From contig JAPPBT010000005.1 in the NCBI GenBank assembly GCA_026702745.1, positions 15,387 to 79,386 on the forward strand: a DNA stretch of 64,000 bases. Direction: 5' to 3'. Position 1 is the first letter of the stretch. Each line of letters starts with the position of its first letter. This stretch comes from Gemmatimonadota bacterium. Its GTDB lineage: Bacteria > JAAXHH01. The notes below the pieces were generated by a model. The model saw only the letters and a program-made list of their open reading frames with translations. It ran no database searches and was not told where the DNA came from. Position numbers and translations under genes: made by a program. This document shows positions 56,201-64,000 of the stretch, one piece after another.

Positions 56201-57883
56201 CCCGGTGCTGTCCGCCACCACGAAGATCTCGTTCTTGACGCCGCTGATGGTCTTGTTGTAGCGGCGGAATCGGACTACGGCGCCGGGTTTGGGCTTGCTC
56301 GGGATGTAGTCCTCCCGGGGATCGAACTCAACGACCCGGATCCTGCCGTTCACGAAGCGGTCCTCGAGCTGCATCTTGAAGTCCGGGAACAGGCGGGGAT
56401 CGTTGACGCCGCGGCCGAAGAGCTCGGTCAGCAGCAGAGTCTGCGTGTACACGTTGCGGAAGTTGACCCGGTCGAGGTCGTCGATGGGCGTGTCCACGAA
56501 CTCTCGGACATCGAACACCGTGGCGAAGGACAGGGCCGGGATCCCCATCCAGAACATGAGTTCGGCTTCGAGGCCGATCTGGCCGGCGGGAAAGAAACCG
56601 GCGGTCCGGTGCCCCTGTGAGGGGGAGATCACGTTCACCAGGGCGTCGACCGGTATGGCGCCCCGCCGGATCACTTCGTCGGCGTAACCCATGAAGGTCC
56701 GGCCGAATGGCGTGAAGAACCGCTGTTTCTCGAAGGAATCCCCCCCGAAGAAGACGCCGGAGTAGATGACGCCGACCTGATCGCGCGCGCTGGACAGGTC
56801 GATACCGGCGAAGAGCTTGATGTTGATGGGGTCTTCCAGCTCGTCCGCGAAGTGACTGGAGATGCGCGCGTGGCGGTAGGAGAAGTCGTTTATCCCGCTG
56901 AGCGACATGAAGTGGCCCGATGTCGCGAGTATCAACACGGTGCGTGCGGGAGGATGGGCCGCGAAGTAGCGGGCCATTTCAAGGAGCGCGGCAACGCCCG
57001 ACGCCTGGTTCGCGCCGGGGGATACGGCCGGCACGGCGGAAATGGAGTCGTAGTAGGCGTTGAGGACGATGACCTCATCCTTCAGCACCGGATGCGTCCC
57101 CGGGATCTTACCGAAGACATTGTAGGCCGGCCGCCGTTTCCAGGTCATGCGTCCTCTTGCCCTGACGTTGATCGAACCGTTGGATTCGAGGTATTCGACC
57201 AGGGGCCGGGCCGCTGCCTTTTTCATCCAGAAACGGGGGAAGTCGAGGGGTACCTGGAGGTGCTTTTCCTCTCCGTCGACCCTCGTGGTGTGGTCGGGTT
57301 CCGCGAAGATCACGGCCCGGCCGCCGAGCTGGGCGGCCCGCTGCCAGTTTACGCCGGAATTGAAATCCATCAGGAAGACGGCGCCGGTGGGATCGATACC
57401 GTTGAAGTCCGCCCACTCGCCATTTCCGACGTAGTGAAGCATTCCCGTGATGCCGCCTGGCGGCGTCGTGGAGGTACGCACCAGGTTGGGCCACAGGGCG
57501 TAAAGGGGGATCGTCCGGGCCTCCAGGGTCGTGGCATCCAGGAGGGTCAGTTCGCCGCCTTCATCCAGGGGGATGGATGAGACGAATTCCTCCATCTCCA
57601 CGTCCTCGAGGCCGATTTCCCGCATGCGGCCGGCCAGGTAGTGAGCCGCTTCGGTGGCGCCCGGGTAACCGGCTACCCGCGAGCCGAAGGACACCAGGTC
57701 GGTAATGGTCTGCCGGATCCGCGCCGAATCGACCACGGCGGCCACCTGGCCGTCGCCGATGGGTTCGGCCAGGTACGCCACGCGATCGCGGACACCCGAC
57801 GTCTGGCACGCGGAGGCCGCGAATTGTACGAGCAGCAGGACCACGCCGGCAAGATTGCAGGCAATGTTTCGATTAAGGTGCAA
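53261..57883 (-). CDS. Very large membrane protein: M28/PA peptidase-like N-terminus plus two FtsX-like permease regions (start approximate)
   Basis: SRVAGYPG, AYYDSIS, GVAALLE, RRARTLL-like RKARTLLT, ERFSEIGVYSAVGL; the annotated 58039 start overlaps the next gene, so an in-frame TTG near 57883 is preferred. Confidence 0.8.
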   Translation of the reverse strand: MHLNRNIACNLAGVVLLLVQFAASACQTSGVRDRVAYLAEPIGDGQVAAVVDSARIRQTITDLVSFGSRVAGYPGATEAAHYLAGRMREIGLEDVEMEEFVSSIPLDEGGELTLLDATTLEARTIPLYALWPNLVRTSTTPPGGITGMLHYVGNGEWADFNGIDPTGAVFLMDFNSGVNWQRAAQLGGRAVIFAEPDHTTRVDGEEKHLQVPLDFPRFWMKKAAARPLVEYLESNGSINVRARGRMTWKRRPAYNVFGKIPGTHPVLKDEVIVLNAYYDSISAVPAVSPGANQASGVAALLEMARYFAAHPPARTVLILATSGHFMSLSGINDFSYRHARISSHFADELEDPINIKLFAGIDLSSARDQVGVIYSGVFFGGDSFEKQRFFTPFGRTFMGYADEVIRRGAIPVDALVNVISPSQGHRTAGFFPAGQIGLEAELMFWMGIPALSFATVFDVREFVDTPIDDLDRVNFRNVYTQTLLLTELFGRGVNDPRLFPDFKMQLEDRFVNGRIRVVEFDPREDYIPSKPKPGAVVRFRRYNKTISGVKNEIFVVADSTGVAESTELEAGRTYPTEGYVMDPETGEIIYAPDRGPYGEGAYPLEIKMDWVDKEKPTVVFRSEATNIYDLVDPRFLTRLNEAVVLDESGNPPLEWGMTFQEGGWTTGFSYEEDTAVLFMPPESRFKVTMSTGLFGRRLILTNADENNPEGIGFKAGIDAIPLTSYQVAKDMWHLDEARIGALKSVGVSNTRLDDFHREAGRLLDLAEAARQALQWDRFIKHARAAWGYESRAYPDATGTANDVVKGVLFYMVLVIPFAYALERLVFGFANVYKRIATTVAIFLAAYGLLRFTHPAFQITTAPDIVLLAFMTFVLAAVVIWIISQRFSQTMREVRQDNRTVQSTDVRRSSALATAFSLGIGNMRKRKARTLLTCVTLVLLVFTVLSFTSVQTFLRLQTLSRDTEPTYTGFLVRNPNWGPLQKQTFQYVDSEFGSSEAEDRGITIVSRSWYSGTFPGETTFIRMDREGPDGTNHSTYASAILGLLPEEGEVSGLDRTLKSGRWFEPGEREVCIVPAEMAELLGLTGDEIVGSEVLVFGQPFEVIGVFDAADLERITDLDGEPLTPVDYTATGQDLLTELALMDYDEEPVDMAAFEHLPAANILLTPQAYVNDLGGTLRSVAVRFPTDEAAANRIERFMQRLGIPVVASVDGEVAVYSAMALSSLSGLGDLFIPMVVAALIILNTMMNAVYERFSEIGVYSAVGLAPAHIGALFMAEAAMYAVIGGMSGYLIGQTLARGITEYQLLAGLNLNYSSLSAVASTFMVMAVVMLSTIYPARKASQMAVPDVNRQWSFPEPEGDDWRFEFPFTISRTETLGLYAYLTRFFESHGESTLGNFLTDEVVLTGKNGLASAVGGAATAVPGEGRASDVVPEASTYEISMKTWLAPYDAGVSQRVSLHAAPAEEEHDLYAVWVHIYRLSGDVDSWQRLNRRFLNVLRKQFLVWRTVDQEVKKVYADEGREMIAAVTGEVVAEPARDAGERAI

Positions 57884-57929
57884 GGCGTCTTCCCGCAGGT
57901 TGGGAGTGACGGCACATCCGCTCAACGCG

Positions 57930-58835
57930 CTAGACCTTCCACTTCCGCCGCATCTCTTCCATGGAAACGGTCTTCCCCTCGGTCCATGCGTAATGGGCGA
58001 CGGGGTTTTCGCCGATCCACCGGTGGTCGACGGGCTCACTGGCCAGTTGGTAGCGGGTATCTGTGCTGATGCGGAACCGGTTCGACGTGTTGTTGATGGA
58101 CCCGTGCATGGTGTACATGCCGAGGACGATCACGTCCCCCATGCTGAACTCGCTCGTCTGCCACTGGCCCCCGTACTGGTCGACCATCTCGATGGGCTCG
58201 TTGGTGAAGTGGCCCGTCACGTGGTCCCGGTCCACATCCATCTGTCCGTAGGTCTCCTTGACGGCCTCGAACTGGTGGGATCCGGCCAGGATGACCAGGG
58301 GTCCCATGTCGTAGGTCACGTCGTCCAGGGGCGTCCACACGGTATACAGGTTCGGCGTGCCCCGGCCCATGTAGACCATGTCGTAATGCGCCCCGGTATT
58401 GTCGCCCGGACCCACGGCCCGAAGCCACTTGTAGTCGAAAGTGAGGACGGGGCCGCCCAGGAACCGCTCGAAGAACCCCATGATTTCGGGAGAATTGACT
58501 ACGGAGAGGAACTCGTCGGTGTGGGTCACCCGCTTGGCGCCGCCGAAGAACGCGCCCCGCTTGCCCGGCGCAGCCACCCCCAGGTCGAGGGGATAGTCCG
58601 GATCGATCTGGTCGTTTGCCTGGAGATTCTCCAGCACGACCCTGCGCGCTTCCCGGACCTTATCCGGATCGTGGAGGCCGCGGATGAGCAGGTAGCCGTC
58701 TTCGGCCATGCGTTCCCGCAGGGCTTCCGCGTCGTCCAGCAGTTCGTTCGCTTCCCGGAGCGTGGACAGGTACTTCCCGTCCATCAGCAATTCGTCCTTG
58801 CCCATGACCAGGCTTGATGGTTCCCGGGTGGTCAT
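57930..58835 (-). CDS. PhyH family dioxygenase
   Basis: MAEDGYLL, AHYD, TMHGS, RISTDTRYQ; start reassigned to MTTREP. Confidence 0.88.
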   Translation of the reverse strand: MTTREPSSLVMGKDELLMDGKYLSTLREANELLDDAEALRERMAEDGYLLIRGLHDPDKVREARRVVLENLQANDQIDPDYPLDLGVAAPGKRGAFFGGAKRVTHTDEFLSVVNSPEIMGFFERFLGGPVLTFDYKWLRAVGPGDNTGAHYDMVYMGRGTPNLYTVWTPLDDVTYDMGPLVILAGSHQFEAVKETYGQMDVDRDHVTGHFTNEPIEMVDQYGGQWQTSEFSMGDVIVLGMYTMHGSINNTSNRFRISTDTRYQLASEPVDHRWIGENPVAHYAWTEGKTVSMEEMRRKWKV

Positions 58836-58857
58836 TGGTTCCTCCGTGGTTGGTCCT

Positions 58858-60090
58858 TCATGAAGCCCGCACGGCCGAGGCGTCGATGGCGGCATACACC
58901 GTATCCCCGACGGTGATGCCCATGCCCGCGAAAGACGTCCGCGCCACGTGGACGGTCAGTCGAAGGCCGGCGGCCGCGTCCGTGTGAGGGCAGGCGGCCG
59001 GTGGTGGGCCGGTGGCCGCGTCCGTGTGAGGGCAGGCGGCCGGTGGCGCGCCGATGTCCCGGCACGGTCCGGCGTCCACGTCCAGACGGATACGGTCTCC
59101 GTCCACCGCCGCCGCGGTCACGACGCCCACGAGCGTATTCGCGGCGTCTGCGAGCGTATTCGCGGCGTCTGCGAGCGTATTCGCGGCGTCTGGCGTACGC
59201 GTCGGCGTGCGCGGCGACCTCGCCAGCCGGATTTCCCGCGAAGAGATGACGATGTGGGCCGGTCCGCGCGCGGCCGTGTCCGATCGCAGGGTCACCCCGC
59301 CGTCCAGATAGACGACCGGTCCGTCGGCAGATTCCTCGATGCGTCCCTTGAAGACGTTCTCCGGTTCCTTCTCGAGCATCCGTCCGTCACGCATGATCAA
59401 CACTTCGTCGGCGATACGATAGGCCTGGTCGTACTGGTGCGTCGAGAGCACGACGGTCATGCGCCGCTGGCGGCAGGTCTCCGCGAGAATCGCCTCGATC
59501 TGCTTCCCGTGTGCCGCGTCCACGCTGGCCGTGGGCTCGTCGAGCAGCAGGACGTCGGGGGCCGTGACCAGGGCCCGGGCGAGTCCCGCGCGCTGCGCTT
59601 CTCCGCCCGACAGGCTGTGGGCGGGCCGGTGGGCGAACTGTCGGAGTCCCACCTTGTCCAGCATGCCGGTCACGCGTGCTTCGATGGCCTCTTTCGCCAT
59701 GCCGCGGAACCGCAGGCCGGAAGCCACGTTCTCGAATACGGTGGACCGGAACAGGTACACGTGCTGCATGAGCAGCGTGACGCGGCGGCGGTACTGCCGG
59801 CTGCGGCCCGGATCGGCCCCGTTCACGGGCCGCCCTTCGAAGAGGATCCGGCCCTCCTGCGGCAGGGTCAGCAGGGCGAGTATGTTCAAAAGCGTGGACT
59901 TGCCCGATCCGTTCGCCCCGTAGACGGCATAGGTCCTTCCGGCGTACAGGGCGAGGTTATCGACCTGTAAATGAAACCCGGGACCGTAACGGTGCGCCAG
60001 GTGCTCGCCCACGATGATCGGATCGGCCGTGTTCGGACCGGCGGTTTTCGGACCGTCCGCGACCGGATCGGCCGTGATCGGATCGGCCAT
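58858..60090 (-). CDS. tupC: Tungstate/molybdate ABC transporter ATP-binding subunit with a TOBE-like C-terminus
   Basis: GANGSGKST, LSGGE, LLLDEPT, LSTH; the ATG at 60090 overlaps the permease stop; internal NTLADAA and PPAACPHTDAA repeats. Confidence 0.8.
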   Translation of the reverse strand: MADPITADPVADGPKTAGPNTADPIIVGEHLAHRYGPGFHLQVDNLALYAGRTYAVYGANGSGKSTLLNILALLTLPQEGRILFEGRPVNGADPGRSRQYRRRVTLLMQHVYLFRSTVFENVASGLRFRGMAKEAIEARVTGMLDKVGLRQFAHRPAHSLSGGEAQRAGLARALVTAPDVLLLDEPTASVDAAHGKQIEAILAETCRQRRMTVVLSTHQYDQAYRIADEVLIMRDGRMLEKEPENVFKGRIEESADGPVVYLDGGVTLRSDTAARGPAHIVISSREIRLARSPRTPTRTPDAANTLADAANTLADAANTLVGVVTAAAVDGDRIRLDVDAGPCRDIGAPPAACPHTDAATGPPPAACPHTDAAAGLRLTVHVARTSFAGMGITVGDTVYAAIDASAVRAS

Positions 60091-60782
60091 CAGTCGTCGA
60101 ACCCCTGCAGCCAGTGAAAGAGAATGTTCGCGCCGAAAGCCGTGAGCAGAAGGATGATCCCGAGGGCGATGGCCAGGCCGAACTCCCCCTTGTTGCTCTC
60201 CAGGGCGATCGCCGTCGTCATGGTCCGCGTGCTTCCCTTGATGTTGCCGCCCAGCATCATGGCCGCGCCTACCTCGGCGATGACCCGTCCAAAGGCGGCC
60301 ACTACCGCCGCCATGATGCCGAACCGGGCCTCGGAAATGAGGGTGCGCGCGGTCTGGGCCGTCGTGGCGCCCAGCGTAAGGGCCGTCTCCGTGATCCGGG
60401 AATCCACGGCCCGAAACGCAGAAAGGGTGAAGGCCGCCACGATGGGCAGGGCGAGGAGCGTCTCGCCGATGATCATGGCGCTCGGTGTATACAGCAGTTC
60501 CATGAAGCCGAGGGGGCCGCGCCGGGAGATCAGGGCGTAGACGAAGAGGCCGATCACCACGGTCGGCATGGCCAGCATCGTATTGAGCACCGTGGTCACC
60601 AGCCGCTGGCCCCTGAACCGGTGGGTGGCGAGCAGGTAGCCCGCGGGCAGTCCCATCAAGGAGGCCAGCAGGATCGCGGACACCGCGACGAACACGGAAA
60701 CGCCGACGATGGTGTACACGCCGGATTCGCCCGTGACCAGCAGGCGGACCGCTTCCTGAAATCCATTGTACAGGTAATCCAT
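60090..60782 (-). CDS. tupB: Tungstate ABC transporter permease
   Basis: NTMLAMPTVVIGL, GPLG, FGRVIAEVGAAMMLGGNI, TRTMTTAIALE. Confidence 0.88.
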   Translation of the reverse strand: MDYLYNGFQEAVRLLVTGESGVYTIVGVSVFVAVSAILLASLMGLPAGYLLATHRFRGQRLVTTVLNTMLAMPTVVIGLFVYALISRRGPLGFMELLYTPSAMIIGETLLALPIVAAFTLSAFRAVDSRITETALTLGATTAQTARTLISEARFGIMAAVVAAFGRVIAEVGAAMMLGGNIKGSTRTMTTAIALESNKGEFGLAIALGIILLLTAFGANILFHWLQGFDD

Positions 60783-60853
60783 AACCCCTATGAAACAACA
60801 AAACGGCCCGGCGAATCAACAGGTTTTTGCCCCGTAGGATCGACCGAAATACG

Positions 60854-60913
60854 TTGACAGAATCCCCGGTGGACCTTAGGTTGTCTGGCATCCAGCGGAG
60901 CCGGACTCCGTTG
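60854..60913 (+). promoter_or_regulatory. Sigma-70-like promoter (TTGACA-17-TAGGTT) and a 5' leader hairpin upstream of the peptide permeases
   Basis: -35 at 60854-60859, -10 at 60877-60882; hairpin CAGCGGAG-CCGGA-CTCCGTTG at 60893-60913. Confidence 0.45.
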
Positions 60914-61020
60914 GCGCCGCGGCCAGTCGGACGGGCTCGCCCCACCAGGCAGTTTCCTCATCCCTCGAATCGCGGTTTCGCAAGTGATTCTCCAGTACAA
61001 GCAAAGGATCAGACGATCGG

Positions 61021-62331
61021 ATGCCCGTTATAGGGATCATTGGCGTCCTGTGGCTGCTGCTCGTCCTGGCCGCGGGATACTGGGGTAACCGGCGAAAACT
61101 GGACGCGACGTTCGTCAAGGGCGTCCAGACGCTGATCACCATCGTCGCCCTGGCCGTCGCGGCGCCGCAGCTCGGCGTGTTCAATACCGCCCTCGCGACG
61201 CTCTGGCTCCTGCTGTTCGTCGCTGCTTCCACCCTGTTGCGGCGCTTTCGCGTGCCGCACCTGGCCGCGCGGGCCATCGCACTGGCGGCCGTGAGCCTGG
61301 CGCTTTGGGGCACCGACTCCCAGAACGTCATGCTGATCCGCACGCTGATCATGCTTGCGGTCACCAGCATTTTCCTCCTCGGACTGAACCTGGGCTTCAG
61401 GTACCTGGTCCGACGCATCCTCTGGATCTTCCCCGTACTCTTCGCCGTCTCGGTCATCACCTTCTCCATCATGCACGCCGTGCCCGGCGGTCCATTCGAC
61501 GCGGGCGGCGAGACCGGCGGCATTCCGCTGACGCCCGAGGTCCGCGCCAACCTGATGCGCAAGTACAACCTCGACCAGCCGCTCCACATCCAGTACATCT
61601 CCTGGGTGAGCAACGTCATTCGGGGCGACTTCGGCTATTCCTTCCAGCACCAGAGCAAGACCTGCCAGGAGCTCATCGCCCAGGCCTGGCCCGTCTCCGT
61701 CCACCTGGGCAGCATGGCCCTGGTCGTGGCCCTTACCGGCGGCTTGTTGCTGGGCATTCTCGCGGCGGTATACCAGAACACCTGGATCGATTACGTCGCC
61801 TCGCTCACGGCGGTATTCAGCATCGTCACGCCCAGTTTCGTCGTCGCCGTCGGGTTGACCGTCGTCTTTTCCCTGTGGCTGCACCTCTTTGAAACGGGAG
61901 GCTGGAATTCGCCCAAGGACTGGGTCATGCCGGTGATTGCCCTGTCACTTGGGGACATGGCCGTGGTGGCAAGGTATACGCGGTCGAACATGATCGAGGC
62001 CATCCGGGCCGACTACGTGCGCACCGCCCGGGCCAAGGGCCTCACCGAGTTCTCGGTCGTGGTGGTGCACGTGTTCAAGAACGCCCTCATCCCCCTGCTG
62101 ACCATCGCGGGACCGATGATGGCCAACCTGATCACGGGGTCCTTCTTCATCGAGACGATCTTCCGGATCCCCGGCCTGGGGCGGTACTTCACCACGAGCG
62201 TGTTCGCCCGGGACTACCCCATGATCATGTCCACGGCCCTGCTCTGGTCGTCGCTCATCGTCGTGATCTACGTCATCACGGACCTCATGTACGCGCTGGT
62301 GGACCCCCGCATCCGGTATAGGAAGGATTAG
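61021..62331 (+). CDS. oppB: Peptide/nickel ABC transporter permease (OppB/DppB type) with an extra N-terminal membrane domain
   Basis: RYLVRRIL...VPGGPF, DYVRTARAKGL, FIETIFRIPGLG; about 125 extra hydrophobic residues at the N-terminus. Confidence 0.88.
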   Translation: MPVIGIIGVLWLLLVLAAGYWGNRRKLDATFVKGVQTLITIVALAVAAPQLGVFNTALATLWLLLFVAASTLLRRFRVPHLAARAIALAAVSLALWGTDSQNVMLIRTLIMLAVTSIFLLGLNLGFRYLVRRILWIFPVLFAVSVITFSIMHAVPGGPFDAGGETGGIPLTPEVRANLMRKYNLDQPLHIQYISWVSNVIRGDFGYSFQHQSKTCQELIAQAWPVSVHLGSMALVVALTGGLLLGILAAVYQNTWIDYVASLTAVFSIVTPSFVVAVGLTVVFSLWLHLFETGGWNSPKDWVMPVIALSLGDMAVVARYTRSNMIEAIRADYVRTARAKGLTEFSVVVVHVFKNALIPLLTIAGPMMANLITGSFFIETIFRIPGLGRYFTTSVFARDYPMIMSTALLWSSLIVVIYVITDLMYALVDPRIRYRKD

Positions 62332-62333
62332 GC

Positions 62334-63620
62334 ATGGATCCGATCGGCACAACGGGCGAAGTCGGCATCGTCTGGGTCCTCGGCGCGATCCTGGGATGGA
62401 GCTGGGACACCATGATCCTCGAGGTGGGACGGATCGCCCTGGCGATCCAGCTGGTGCTCTACCTGCCTCACATGTACCGCCTGGGACACAAGGACGAGAC
62501 CGGAAGATGGGCGTCCTTCTGCCACCGGGTGGTCCAGCGCAAGTCCTACTTCGCAGCCGCGGGCGTCGTCGCCCTGCTCGCGGCGTGGTGGCTGCTCGGT
62601 CCCTGGATGGATCAGTACCCCTACGGCACGGAGGATATCCCCGAAAGCCTGTCGGAATCCATGAGCTGGGACGGCCTCGAACCCTTCTTCTCCTGGGCGG
62701 GGCAGATCTTCCGCGTCGCGCTGGCCACGGAGTTCACCCTGCTCTGGCCGCGGGCCTACCGGTATTTCAAGAAACACGACAGCGGGCTGTGGGCGGACGC
62801 CACGCGGCGTTTCTCCCGCAACAAGCTCTCCCTTGTCGGTCTCTTTCTGGTGCTGCTGCTGAGCAACACGGCGCTGCTCGCGCCCTGGATCGCGCCCCTG
62901 CACTACACAAAGCAGAACTTCCTCGTCGCCTGGCAGGAACCGTCGTGGATGTTTCCCTTCGGCACGGACGGACTGGGCCGCGACCTCTTCAGCCGGGTCA
63001 TCTACGGTGCGGAGATCTCCATGACCGTGGGCGTCCTCGTGCAGGCCATCATCTTCGCCATCGGCGTGCCCCTGGGCTCCCTGGCGGGGTACGCCGGGGG
63101 CCGCGTGGACAGCGTCATCATGCGGGGTGTCGACATCATGTCGGCCTTCCCCGGTCTGCTCTTCATCATCCTGATCATGTCGTGGCTGGGCGCCGGGCTC
63201 TTCAACATCTTCGTCGCCATCGGAGTGACCGGATGGGTAGGGGTATGCCGTCTCCTGCGGGGGCAGATTCTGTCTTTGAAGGAGAAGGAATTCGTCCGGG
63301 CGGCCAAGGCCATGGGCGGCAGCCACCTGCGCATCGTCGTCACCCACATCCTTCCGAACAGCCTGACGCCGCTGATCGTGGCCCTGGCCCTGGGCATCCC
63401 GTCGGCCATCTTCGCGGAAGCCGGCCTGAGCTTCATCGGCATCGGCATCAGCCCGCCCACGCCGAGCTGGGGGCAGATGGTCGGCGAGAACGCCAACTAC
63501 ATCCGGTCCTACTGGCACCTGGCGACCTTTCCCGCCATCATGATCGCCCTCACCATGCTCGGATTCCAACTCATGGGCGACGGACTCCGGGACGCCCTCG
63601 ACCCCAAGATGAACGAGTAG
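62334..63620 (+). CDS. oppC: Peptide/nickel ABC transporter permease (OppC/DppC type) with an extra N-terminal membrane domain
   Basis: RRFSRNKL, FGTDGLGRDLFSR, KEFVRAAKAMG, GDGLRDALDP; about 155 extra residues at the N-terminus. Confidence 0.88.
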   Translation: MDPIGTTGEVGIVWVLGAILGWSWDTMILEVGRIALAIQLVLYLPHMYRLGHKDETGRWASFCHRVVQRKSYFAAAGVVALLAAWWLLGPWMDQYPYGTEDIPESLSESMSWDGLEPFFSWAGQIFRVALATEFTLLWPRAYRYFKKHDSGLWADATRRFSRNKLSLVGLFLVLLLSNTALLAPWIAPLHYTKQNFLVAWQEPSWMFPFGTDGLGRDLFSRVIYGAEISMTVGVLVQAIIFAIGVPLGSLAGYAGGRVDSVIMRGVDIMSAFPGLLFIILIMSWLGAGLFNIFVAIGVTGWVGVCRLLRGQILSLKEKEFVRAAKAMGGSHLRIVVTHILPNSLTPLIVALALGIPSAIFAEAGLSFIGIGISPPTPSWGQMVGENANYIRSYWHLATFPAIMIALTMLGFQLMGDGLRDALDPKMNE

Positions 63621-63679
63621 GCCGCGCCTCAGAAGGGCCCGGCGGCGATTGCGTTTACGAAAAAAAGTGGCCAAGGGAC

Positions 63680-63707
63680 TTGACAGCGCGACTTAAATCC
63701 GTATATT
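63680..63707 (+). promoter_or_regulatory. Sigma-70-like promoter (TTGACA-16-TATATT) for a gene beyond the window end
   Basis: Read directly; followed by about 270 nt with no convincing ORF. Confidence 0.45.
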
Positions 63708-64000
63708 TACCCGTGTCGCCCACTCGGCGGCAGCCCGAACCTTGCACGTTCCCCTGATTGATTCCTCATTGGAAAGCCGAATCTTCCTTAGATCAAGATT
63801 CATGACGGCCGGTACCGCATTCTACGGGATTACCCTATCACCAAGGCAAGTTGCGTTTGCCCGCACCCGCACCCTGATGGCATAACCAGAACCAATACAG
63901 CCGCGCGTCTCCAGACGCGGCACGCCCAGGCCCGACTATCGGAAACGACCCGTTCGCAAGCCGACGTTTCCGCCGCACACCATGTTCACAACCCAGTCTG

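Noticed and set aside
57884-58039. Annotated N-terminus of the 1592-aa ORF
   Set aside because: It overlaps the PhyH gene by more than 100 bp; the hydrophobic leader begins near 57883.
60790-60910. Moco/tungsten-cofactor riboswitch upstream of tupB
   Set aside because: Only fragments match (CTCCG, ACCTAAGG on the minus strand); the conserved CCUCCCG...GGAAAGG part is missing. An Infernal search would settle it.
58858-60945. 695-aa ORF as a single large ABC fusion
   Set aside because: Its first ~285 codons overlap tupB in another frame and are Arg/Gly-rich noise; the ATPase starts at the ATGA overlap at 60090.
1-64000. rRNA, tRNA, integrase or IS elements
   Set aside because: I recognised no such sequences or motifs by eye; small RNAs could have been missed without covariance-model searches.

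Overview
A 64-kb, GC-rich bacterial chromosome segment with no rRNA, tRNA, CRISPR array, integrase or transposase that I can see. Most of it is catabolic: ten PhyH-type Fe(II)/2-oxoglutarate dioxygenases, two sulfatases each next to a large DUF6785-like membrane protein, amidohydrolases, acetamidase/formamidase homologues, PLP enzymes, cupins, sugar-acid dehydratases, ggt, a Tat-exported sulfite-oxidase-family enzyme, a giant M28/FtsX fusion, and tungstate-type and peptide ABC permeases. This gene content resembles marine or sponge-associated Latescibacterota/Gemmatimonadota-like genomes (inference only). Scattered through it are small defence-like modules, several visibly AT-richer: a solo SF1 helicase, two Phd/VapC pairs, two XRE-ImmA/IrrE + PIN pairs (one followed by a T4-type lysozyme with no holin) and a convergent type II restriction-modification pair. 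The best leads are: (1) the XRE-ImmA / PIN / lysozyme cassette at 42.7-45.2 kb; (2) the R-M methyltransferase, which has an N-terminal winged helix, a predicted leaderless transcript and two GACGTC palindromes inside its promoter spacer; (3) an ECF sigma factor coupled to an anti-sigma-like/Ogt/Ada-Zn fusion with no AraC HTH; (4) a PhyH enzyme with HxG in place of HxD; (5) a probable pseudo-acetamidase with a long disordered tail; (6) a recurring pattern of short tandem duplications at gene ends. All family assignments come from motif recognition by eye, not from database searches.
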